Positions 26,656 to 35,360 of a stretch of 35,360 bases of DNA are shown here, one piece after another. Source of the DNA: Stramenopiles sp. TOSAG23-2 (lineage: Eukaryota); NCBI GenBank assembly GCA_900128395.1, contig LT649343.1:1-35360 (forward strand), read 5' to 3'. The notes beneath the pieces were generated by a model. The model searched no databases. It was given only the letters and a program-made list of their open reading frames with translations, and was not told the origin of the DNA. How positions within the stretch are numbered: the first letter of the stretch is position 1; every line of letters starts with the position of its first letter. The translations under genes and the position numbers were made by a program.

Positions 26656-27235
26656 TTTGTTAATCCTTGTCTCATTACAGAATCTTCTTTCTTTTATTGC
26701 TATTTCTCTTATTGCTATAATATTTATCTGTATGTATGTTTCTATAGACAAAATGTATATGCATCATTATATATAGCAGGTTCATACGCTTACGTGTGTT
26801 TTGTTTTTTCAGCTTAGTATAAAAATAATATTAAATAGCACAATAAAAAAGCTGAAATCATTTTTACAGCCTAAAATTAATTTCGGGTTATGAAATAGGA
26901 TATTACTAAGTACAATTGTTAGTATTCTAAATAAATGAGGTATTTTAACCTTAAAAAACACTTCAAAAAAGAGAGAACAGATTTTGTTATTTTGTTGACA
27001 AATTCAAAATTCATATAATTGATTATGATAATATAAAAGAAAAAAGAAGAATAGTAGAAACACTAAGATCAACAAATAATATAGATATATATAATATCAA
27101 CGATTATATAACTCGCATTCCCTCTCTTTATTACCATAATTTTGTATACGATAAAATACGGATAATACAAAAACGAAAAAAAGGAAGATAGTCAAATTAT
27201 ATACTATACTATATAAAAAACTATATTATTAACAA

Positions 27236-28531
27236 ATGTCAACACGTGCAACAGCGACTTTACCATATAAACCTTCCATTGTTGTACAACTAAACCGTAA
27301 TGGTTATCGAACAACGAAAGATATATTAAATTCAACGCCAATACAAATAAGTGAGGATTTAAAAATATCATTGCAAGATGCACTGAATATCATACGCACT
27401 GCAGAGGAGAAAGAAAGAGGCAATGATTTAAAACCAGAAGATTTTGCTTCACATTCAGCGTTAAACATGTTAAAAAAAAAAAAGAAAAATATTGTAACTT
27501 TTTGTAAAGATATTGATACAGGTTTATTTGGTGGTGGTGGTGTACCTGTTGGTGAAATGACTGAATTTTGTGGTGTGCCTGGTGTTGGAAAGACTCAAAT
27601 GAGTATGCAATTAGCCGTTAATGTACAGATACCACCATTTTACGGCGGTTTAGGTGGTGCATGTGTATATATTGATACGGAAGGCAGCTTAATGGTGGAA
27701 CGTTTGGAAGAAATGGCAAATGCTATGTTAGAACGTTTAAGACAATTGCAACAATATCGTAGAAAGCAAAAACAACGTAAAACAAATGGTAATAATACTA
27801 ATGGTAATACAAATGAAAACAGTATCAATGGAAATAACAATACATCATCATCATCAAGCAAATCGAGTAGGAAAAAAAGAACAGATGATATCGATATAAC
27901 AATTGAATCTATTTTATCAAATATACATGTATTTCGTGTGCATGATTATGCAGAACAATTAGCTGTTGTGAAAATGTTACCTACTTTTTTAAATGATCAT
28001 TCAAATGTCCGGTTAATAGTTATGGATAGCGTAGCATTTCATTTTCGACATGGTTTTGATGATATGGCAAAACGATCTAGAATGTTAAGTCAAATGTCAC
28101 AAGATTTAAATAAAATGGCAACAGATTATGAATTATCAATTGTGGTCGTCAATCAAGTAACAACAAAATTTAAATTTGGAAATTCAAATAATAATAATAA
28201 TAAAAATAATGATAACATCACTAATAATAATAATAATGGTGGTGGTGGAGCAATCTTAATCCCAGCACTTGGTGAAAGTTGGTCCCATGCTGCAACCAAT
28301 CGTGTTGAATTATTTTGGAATCAAGGAATACGTAATGCAAAATTAGTCAAATCACCTTCGCAAAAAGTCAATACAGTTACATATGCAGTGACAAAAGATG
28401 GTATTCGTCGTTCATCAAAATCGATTGTATCAAATGTAGATAATGGCAATAGTGGTAGTAATAGTAGTAGTAGTACAAATAGTAGTGGAGGTGGTGGTTC
28501 TACAAAGAAACGTTCAAGGGGTGGTGATTGA
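27236..28531 (+). CDS. RAD51C: DNA repair protein RAD51 paralog C
   Basis: IVTFC, Walker A GVPGVGKTQ, QLAVNVQIP..GGLGG..VYIDTEGS, Walker B LIVMDSVAFHFR, PALGESWSHA are typical of RAD51C. Confidence 0.93.
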   Translation: MSTRATATLPYKPSIVVQLNRNGYRTTKDILNSTPIQISEDLKISLQDALNIIRTAEEKERGNDLKPEDFASHSALNMLKKKKKNIVTFCKDIDTGLFGGGGVPVGEMTEFCGVPGVGKTQMSMQLAVNVQIPPFYGGLGGACVYIDTEGSLMVERLEEMANAMLERLRQLQQYRRKQKQRKTNGNNTNGNTNENSINGNNNTSSSSSKSSRKKRTDDIDITIESILSNIHVFRVHDYAEQLAVVKMLPTFLNDHSNVRLIVMDSVAFHFRHGFDDMAKRSRMLSQMSQDLNKMATDYELSIVVVNQVTTKFKFGNSNNNNNKNNDNITNNNNNGGGGAILIPALGESWSHAATNRVELFWNQGIRNAKLVKSPSQKVNTVTYAVTKDGIRRSSKSIVSNVDNGNSGSNSSSSTNSSGGGGSTKKRSRGGD

Positions 28532-28705
28532 TGTGTGTGCGTGTGTGTAATTTTTATAAAATATTTATTGCATTTAGAGTATGATTTTTACAATATGATA
28601 TTATATACGCTTCGTATTATTTGTCTTACTCATATATTTTATATTTTATATAAATTTCTTTTACTCCCGGAAAGTTAACATCTCAAATCAAAAACAAATC
28701 AAAAA

Positions 28706-29313
28706 CTATCGCACATTTCCTTGGCTCATCCACTTCTGTAAGTCACTCTTATCAAAATCCCCATCACCATTTCTATCTAATTTTGTAAACATCAAGTCAA
28801 AAAATTTAGGCAATAATTCTCCCATTCGCCTTGTTTTCTTGCCATTCCAATGACATGGATTACTAAACGTAATAATGATATCCCGGATATTACCAACGAT
28901 GTCGATAAACTTTGCCCTGGCGTCAGTTTGAAAAATAGAAAGTCTTGACTTTCATTTGCATCAAAACCACACGATTTGCCTGCACAAACAAAAAATAAAA
29001 TAATTTGTATAATCGTTTGCGGCAAAGATTCAAAAACAACTTCTATTAATACACGCAATGCTTCGTATTGAACCATGAAAATAACAAACGGAGCTGGTAA
29101 ACATAGTTCAAACGGACGGTAAAATGGCATCATAATATCAAGTGCAGGAACAAAGATTGGGGATAATAACATAAGCATACACATTTTCACACGAGAACAC
29201 CTTCTTACGAGACGAAATGCTCCACTACTATTTTTTCTGTTTTGGTCATCATTACTTTCATCTTCTTGTCCAATAATCAGAATCCAAGAATATAAAAACA
29301 GTTCCGCTATTTC
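28706..29313 (-). pseudogene. truncated membrane-protein fragment (ESLPQ, XK-related-like) joined out of frame to an EF-hand fragment
   Basis: Frame open from about 29313 to 28792 without a convincing start (YEALRVLIEVVFESLPQTIIQ); a second frame from about 28828 reads RMGELLPKFFDLMFTKLDRNGDGDFDKSDLQKWM to TAG at 28708-28706. Confidence 0.55.
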
Positions 29314-29714
29314 TTATAAAAATGTTTCAATATAATTCGTTTTTGTAAATGTAGATACCTTCTTGATTATGTTGTTAATAGAATTCTATTCACATATATA
29401 AATTAAAACAATCATCTGTATTTCTTTTCTGTATACATCATTTGATATATGTTATTTTAAAATGAATAAAAAGAAGAAATGTGTGTTGTCGTAACGAAGG
29501 TTAGGTGGTTACATTTTGATTTTATGTTATGATGTGTCCATAGTAAAATAGTAAAAAAATAAATATAAAAAATTGCCATTTTTGGGCCTGAAAAAGTTGA
29601 TGAAAAAGGCGAAAAGGGAAAAGAGGCGTGTGCTGATTTTTACATAGGTATATTTATCAGTACAAATATTAGTATACTTATTAGATACGTTAGCAACTTA
29701 GACACACACACACA

Positions 29715-29798
29715 TGGTTCTACAAAAAGAAATGTTCAAGGGGTGGTGATTGAATGTGTGATGTGTGTGTTTGTATTTTTTTATATATTAACATTTAG
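29715..29798 (+). repeat. diverged copy of the RAD51C 3' end and 3' UTR
   Basis: tggttctacaaaaagaaatgttcaaggggtggtgattgaatgtgtg... matches 28495-28577 tggttctacaaagaaacgttcaaggggtggtgattgatgtgtg... Confidence 0.85.
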
Positions 29799-29964
29799 CG
29801 CATCTTGGTCCATGATTTACATGATGTCTAATTAATATTACAAATAATACGAGTAGTACGCGCGTTCGCGTACTGATATTTTAAACTATTTTTTTATTTT
29901 TTTTTATTTTTTTACTCTCACTGACAATATTCAAAATTGTTTTTTACAGAGAGGCAATTGGCCA

Positions 29965-30218
29965 TCAATTTGACTTCAACAGCATTAACATCTGATCCAT
30001 TTTATCTTTCATTTCTTGCATTTCGGTTTCCATTCCTTTTAATCTCTTGTCCATCCTTATCATTCTATCTTCCATTGGTTTCATAACGTTACGAACATGA
30101 TTTCCAGCAACTCGGGATTCTTCTTTTTCATTGCGCTCTTCTTTTGTGTGTTTATACAACTTCCAGATTTTATCGTATGCAACATTATTTGATTGAAATG
30201 ACTCAATAACTACAAAAC
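29965..30218 (-). pseudogene. C-terminal coiled-coil gene fragment
   Basis: ..MKPMEDRMIRMDKRLKGMETEMQEMKDKMDQMLMLLKSN-stop; the annotated ORF start (30303) lies inside the non-coding repeat, so the fragment has no real start. Confidence 0.45.
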
Positions 30219-30574
30219 AGTAAAATAGTAAAAAAATAAATATAAAAAATTGCCATTTTTGGGCCTGAAAAAGTTGATGAAAAAGGCGAAAAGGGAAAAG
30301 CACAAAAGAGGCGTGTGCTGATTTTTACATAGGTATATTTTTCAGTACAAATATTAGTATACTTATTTGATACGTTATCAACTTAGACACACACACACAA
30401 AAGCGCGCAAACATTTATCTATTTATAAATATAAAAAACGTATATGGAGAAATATACATCGAAAAATTCTACAATATATAATATACGACAATATTTTGAA
30501 AACAGTATAATATCAAACGATCGGAATTTAAAATATAATAATATATATATATATTTAATAACAAAAAAAAAAAG

Positions 30575-31795
30575 ATGGGTGGTGGTGCATCAACGGAAAT
30601 GACTGCAGAGCAACAAGGCCAAATAGCAGGTCAATGCATTTCGGAATTATTAAATTTATCGGCTGTATATGCAGTAGAACAAGGTCAAATAGCTGATACA
30701 TGGAAAAGAGATGAATTAGCCATTCCTGTACCTATGCGTGGCAAATTTGATGCGGCTGGTGCAGCAGTCGCTAAAATACCTATGGTTGGCTCAGGGTTGA
30801 AAAAACAAGTAGATGGTGCGGTAACGAAAATACAAGAGGCGTTTATTGATTGTGCTGTTACGGTTTGTAAAGACCCTGGAACGTTGAAAGCATATCAAAG
30901 TGCTATTGGCACTATGGCATTTACCGGCACAGGTGAAGGTATCAATCCTATTGAAATGTGCCGACAAGGTGGCGATGCATTTGCTGATTATATGATTACA
31001 ACTGCCGCTGGTAAATTGATTGAGTTGATGACACCAGTCATTAATGAAATTTTAAAAACACATACATTAACAAAAGTATGGGATGGTGCTAATAAAATTT
31101 ACGGCACCATGGCAAGCAAAGTGCCCGCGTTAAAACCTATTGAACTTGAATTGGCTGATTATTGCACGGAACAAATTTTAGGTTCTCTTGAAATGATGAT
31201 CAGAAGCAAAGAGCGCTTAGTGAAAAAAGATCCAGAAGCGGAAGGTAGTGGTGCAACTGATACCATCAAAATGGTCTACAAAGGTGGATTAGTAGCAAAA
31301 GAAAATCCAAGATTGATTTTAGTAGCAAAGGGAGATCCAAAAGCTATCATTTTCGAAAATGCAAGTGGATTGGCCGGTGATACATCGGAGCCAGTAAAAA
31401 TGACATTAAAAAATGCACAAGGTCATGCATTAACATTGAAACACAAACCTCGCACGTGGAAATATTGGAGCTATATAGAATTAGAGATTGCAAAAGGCAA
31501 TCCAGAATCAACTGTATCATTATCACGCAAAGGTAAATTTTTAGTTGCTGATGGAAGAGTATTAGATGTTGCTATGTGGAGATTAACAGTCGGTGCAATG
31601 GTAAATTTAGTATCTGATACTCGTGGTGAAGCACAGACATTTTCAGCGGGTGGTGGAAGAGATTTTGACATCAATGAAGATGGTACAATCAGTCCATCGA
31701 TGGGCAGAAATATTAAAGAATTTGTCTTAGGTTTTCAATTCCAACCAACTGTTGTCACTGTTGGAACTATGGTAACAACAACAACAACAGCATAA
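30575..31795 (+). CDS. N-myristoylated protein with a DUF4197-like N domain and a ricin-B-like C domain
   Basis: MGGGAS myristoylation motif; IP.P...AI..M...GG.A..Y....T...L.....P.I...L resembles DUF4197; C-terminal VLDVA.W..G..VN..GGGRDF.INEDGTISP..VLG resembles beta-trefoil repeats. The CDS is well supported; domain calls are tentative. Confidence 0.6.
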   Translation: MGGGASTEMTAEQQGQIAGQCISELLNLSAVYAVEQGQIADTWKRDELAIPVPMRGKFDAAGAAVAKIPMVGSGLKKQVDGAVTKIQEAFIDCAVTVCKDPGTLKAYQSAIGTMAFTGTGEGINPIEMCRQGGDAFADYMITTAAGKLIELMTPVINEILKTHTLTKVWDGANKIYGTMASKVPALKPIELELADYCTEQILGSLEMMIRSKERLVKKDPEAEGSGATDTIKMVYKGGLVAKENPRLILVAKGDPKAIIFENASGLAGDTSEPVKMTLKNAQGHALTLKHKPRTWKYWSYIELEIAKGNPESTVSLSRKGKFLVADGRVLDVAMWRLTVGAMVNLVSDTRGEAQTFSAGGGRDFDINEDGTISPSMGRNIKEFVLGFQFQPTVVTVGTMVTTTTTA

Positions 31796-32111
31796 ATTTT
31801 TGTGCGTTAAAAAATACGAAGAATGTTTATAATATGTACATGATGTACGTTCGTATTTAATACACGTGCAACGAGCGATATGGAGTAAAATTGAAATAAC
31901 AAGTACTTCGTACGAAGTTCGTATGTTGTGGATACGTATTTTTTTCGTTAAAAATATGAATTTCATAAGGAAAAAGCAATATTTTTTTTTATTTTTTTAC
32001 GTCATTTTACCAAAATTTACAAATAAATTTTTATCCTGATATATCTATTATCATACTTCTATCATACTTTTAATACTTCATTAATATCCTGATATATACT
32101 ATACCGAGACT

Positions 32112-32660
32112 CTATATTTCAGAACAACAAGTGCAGAAAGTACCATATCGTACACTACATTTACTATTTTGGTCATTGTCACTATATAAATCATGACAAT
32201 AAAAGCAAACATGATGATAATTATCCCGATCAAGCATCTGCATGATATCTTTTTTCATAGCTGCTAATATCGGAGCTAACAGATCTGCTCGAGCAAACCG
32301 ATCTTGAGCAATGTGTGTGCCACAGAATTTTGAACCATCAGGCATATTATTTAAGCGGGCTATTCTCCTACCCGTCATTGTCAAATCGACATGAGGAGGA
32401 TGCTCACCCTGAACAAAGCCAAGAGGGAGCGCATTTACAATTTGAGATGCGTAGCTCTCCAAATCCTGACCAATATTAGCACTAAACATACGTTCCAGTT
32501 TACGCTTGCGACAACCACGAGAGAGACATACGTCAAAAACGTCTTTACATTCATCTACTTCTTTATGGTTATGATTTGGTGAACCACCACCGGTCATTCT
32601 AAATCGATCTAACATTTCTTCATCGATCTTTTCTTCATTGTATTTTGGTGATGACATCAT
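32112..32660 (-). CDS. hypothetical 182-aa protein with Cys/His-rich C-terminus
   Basis: ATGATG start, normal amino-acid composition, more GC-rich than its flanks; no family recognised. Confidence 0.55.
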   Translation of the reverse strand: MMSSPKYNEEKIDEEMLDRFRMTGGGSPNHNHKEVDECKDVFDVCLSRGCRKRKLERMFSANIGQDLESYASQIVNALPLGFVQGEHPPHVDLTMTGRRIARLNNMPDGSKFCGTHIAQDRFARADLLAPILAAMKKDIMQMLDRDNYHHVCFYCHDLYSDNDQNSKCSVRYGTFCTCCSEI

Positions 32661-33841
32661 TATGCTTTCTTTTTGTTACAATTTCTATTAAATCCTATCT
32701 CTTTTGTTTGTTTCTTGTTTTTAATGAAGTACGAATATATAGACTATATATTGCATTTATAATTAGTTACCTTTACGTATATGAGGAAGGTTGGCTAGTT
32801 TATTATAAGTATATAAGAAGCTTTAAAAAGTTGTTGGGTGCTTGGGTAAAAAAACAGGTAAAAAAAAAAACTATTAAATATTTAAGTAAAAGGCTGTTAT
32901 AGTATTTATAATTATAATACCCTATCTTAACAGTTTTCTTGGTTTTCTTGTTTTCTCTCTTTTCTCTACCCGAACCCTATATATTAACATTATACATCAT
33001 TGAAATGAATAGAATTGAAATATGTTGTACTTATTAGTATACAAAAACACTTTTGTCTTGCCTCACTCATCAGTTTCACACACCTTTTTTTTCGTTTTCG
33101 TCATGTATAAAAGTATATATAATATACTATTTATAAAATGTATATATCACATGTGGACGGAATAGAAAGAGACGACTGATGGTATAATCTATATGTAATA
33201 TTTTATAAGTTAGCATATCTTCGACAATATATCGACAATCTACCAACAATGTCATCCTCAGCGCATAAATCACGATACATTAATGCACAATCTGTACATA
33301 TGTAATACGACATGTTCTCTTTGTATATTGATCATTAACAATGAACTAGACTATTTATTTTATTTTACATCTATCATATGTACACATCTATATCACATAT
33401 ATAATGCTTTTATTACTATCTCATTTGATCAATGTGTATAAACGTTTTTACCATATGGAATGTGTAATATATATAGATATATGTTTTTGACGACACTTAG
33501 CGCACCTAAAATTATGTCAAATTGTAGTACCAGGTTAAGGTATAATAAAACAAAAAAACTTTATACTCAGGCCGGCAGAGTATATACAAAATGATTACCT
33601 ATCAATTAATACCTTAATTCGAACTGTAGTTTTTGCATTTTATTATGCAAAAAACATAAAAAAACATAGAATCCTCACAAATTGAATTAACAATAAAAGA
33701 TCATAATATATAACACGATGAAAAGAAGTGAAAAGAAATCATAATATATATACATATATATATATTTGTATATTGTTGTGTTTATATTTGTATATTATTT
33801 GTATATATATATATATATTGAATATTTGAAATCAAATAATT

Positions 33842-35360
33842 ATGGCATCATCATCTTCATCATCAAGCTCGACTACCACTACTACAACAACGACTACCAC
33901 GACGACTACAAGAAATAATAGTCAAAATAATGGTGGAAATGCAATATCAACACCTGAACATTTCATATGTCCAATTTCTGGTGATATTTTTATCGATCCA
34001 GTATTTGCTTCTGATGGACAAACATATGAAAGAAAGGAAATATCAAAATGGATAAGACAAAAAGGTACAAATGCTACTTCGCCAATGACAGGAATAAAGC
34101 TGAAAACGAAAGTATTGACCCCAAACCATAGTATGAAAAGTTTAGTTGCAGCTTGGCAACAAAAAAATAAAAATGGTAAACATTTGGAAAAAGCACTGAA
34201 AGATTTGGCTGGAGAATTAATAACTGCTTCATCCAGTGAAGAATTAATCATCGTAATCAAAAAGACATCTAATCTTGTCGAATCAAGTGACAAAGTATTA
34301 GTGACTATGAAAAAGCTTGACAAATGGATAATTGCCATAGACGATGAACTTCTAACTAATGAAGTTATATCTTCTTTTGATGTTTTAAAATCACAAGTAT
34401 TAGTAATAACGAAAAAGAAAGAAATTGAATTGAAGCAGCTTTCTGATATAAATAAATGTCAATCACTTATGATGGAGAAAAAAAAAGAAGAAAGTATGCA
34501 GATAGATATTGAGCATAAAAAGGTATATGATAAATATGAAAAGTCTAAAGTAGCATTTGAAAAAGCAAGAGAGAAGATGAATAATGATGAGTTGGAATTA
34601 AAACGTGTACAAAAAGCAAAAGATACCAATGCAAAACAAATTGAAATGTTGGCAGGTTTAATGCAACAATCCATTTCAGAAATGAATAATAATAATATTG
34701 TTTGTGATAATAATAGTAGTAATAATAGCAATGGAAAAAGAAATTTATCAAACATTGATGGATCATCAAGAAAATCTAAACGACGTAAAACAAATAGTAA
34801 TACTTTCAATAATGATGTTGATTTGTCTCTTGGTGCTCGTAAATTATTTGAAGATGGATTAAACCATACATTAGTTATAAATTCAAAATTGTTCATACCA
34901 TTAAAGTATCAAACAATGATGGAAGCATCAGCATATGGTGGATTTGAGCTTGCAATAGGATATTGTCACTTACATGGACTTGGTAAATTTGTCAAAGATG
35001 AGAAAAAAGGATATAATATAATTAACAAATATATTAAGAATAACAAAGATGACCATTTGGCACAATATTTAATGGGTCGTATGTATTATCATGGTCGTGG
35101 TGTTACAAAGGATCACAAAAAAGCAGTTGAATGGTATACAAAATCAGCAGAACAAGGAAATGCAAGTGGTCAATGTAATCTTGGTTTTATGTATGGAACT
35201 GTTACAAAAGATTACAAAAAAGCAGTTGAATGGTATACAAAATCAGCAGAACAAGGATATGCAGGTGGTCAATATAATCTTGGTGTAATGTATCTTAATG
35301 GTAAAGGTGTTACAAAGGATAAAGCAAAAGCTGTTGAATGTTTTACAAAAGCAGCAAATT
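33842..35360 (+). CDS. U-box + coiled-coil + Sel1-like repeat protein (runs off the window)
   Basis: ATG at 33842, frame open to the end (translated by hand). U-box PEHFICPISGDIFIDPVFASDGQTYERKEISKWI..TSPMTG..L.PN; Sel1 repeats AQYLMGRMYYHGRGVTKDHKKAVEWYTKSAEQG. Absent from the ORF track because there is no stop. Confidence 0.9.
   Translation, partial: MASSSSSSSSTTTTTTTTTTTTTRNNSQNNGGNAISTPEHFICPISGDIFIDPVFASDGQTYERKEISKWIRQKGTNATSPMTGIKLKTKVLTPNHSMKSLVAAWQQKNKNGKHLEKALKDLAGELITASSSEELIIVIKKTSNLVESSDKVLVTMKKLDKWIIAIDDELLTNEVISSFDVLKSQVLVITKKKEIELKQLSDINKCQSLMMEKKKEESMQIDIEHKKVYDKYEKSKVAFEKAREKMNNDELELKRVQKAKDTNAKQIEMLAGLMQQSISEMNNNNIVCDNNSSNNSNGKRNLSNIDGSSRKSKRRKTNSNTFNNDVDLSLGARKLFEDGLNHTLVINSKLFIPLKYQTMMEASAYGGFELAIGYCHLHGLGKFVKDEKKGYNIINKYIKNNKDDHLAQYLMGRMYYHGRGVTKDHKKAVEWYTKSAEQGNASGQCNLGFMYGTVTKDYKKAVEWYTKSAEQGYAGGQYNLGVMYLNGKGVTKDKAKAVECFTKAAN

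Larger units (their letters stand above)
29542..30399 (+). repeat. dispersed direct repeat of the upstream region of the 30575 gene (29542-29714 and 30219-30399)
   Basis: Near-identical copies differing by 3 substitutions and an 8-nt indel (cacaaaag); both end in g(ac)n. Confidence 0.92.

Noticed and set aside
25441-26751. Three separate small genes, a pseudogene, or genome-wide TGA reassignment
   Set aside because: One continuous frame with TGA at the same catalytic position in both domains; neighbouring genes terminate at TGA.
26656-26751. Upstream ATG at 26751 as the selenoprotein start
   Set aside because: The extra 32 codons look like AT-rich UTR; ATG 26655 has an aacaaaATG context like neighbouring genes and directly precedes the signal peptide.
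1-35360. tRNA, rRNA, CRISPR arrays or prokaryotic operons
   Set aside because: No tRNA or rRNA motifs and no repeat-spacer array seen; gene content is eukaryotic.

Overview
AT-rich, gene-dense eukaryotic DNA; every complete gene is a single intron-free ORF, many with poly-Asn/Ser/Thr tracts. The dynactin p62 sequence style and the domain repertoire suggest a stramenopile-like protist (inference). Genes in order: 5' end of a probable MFS transporter (off the left edge), NUP50/Nup2-like nucleoporin with a duplicated Ran-binding domain, a possible ciliary protein, a tetraspanin, dynactin p62, a 3728-aa coiled-coil protein, a secreted C45 peptidase, a signal-peptide-bearing JmjC oxygenase, RAD51C, a myristoylated DUF4197-like/ricin-like protein, an orphan ORF, and a U-box + Sel1-repeat protein running off the right edge. 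Main result: three short minus-strand ORFs at 25441-26751 are one 404-aa secreted protein with two tandem GILT-like thiol-reductase domains. Each domain has an in-frame TGA at the first position of the redox motif (UPTC, UPLC), and there is a SECIS-like stem-loop in the 3' UTR, so this is a candidate two-selenocysteine selenoprotein. Intergenic spacers carry gene debris, a 2A-like GEASHPGP motif inside a possible decayed TIR element, and several duplications, some possibly assembly artefacts.
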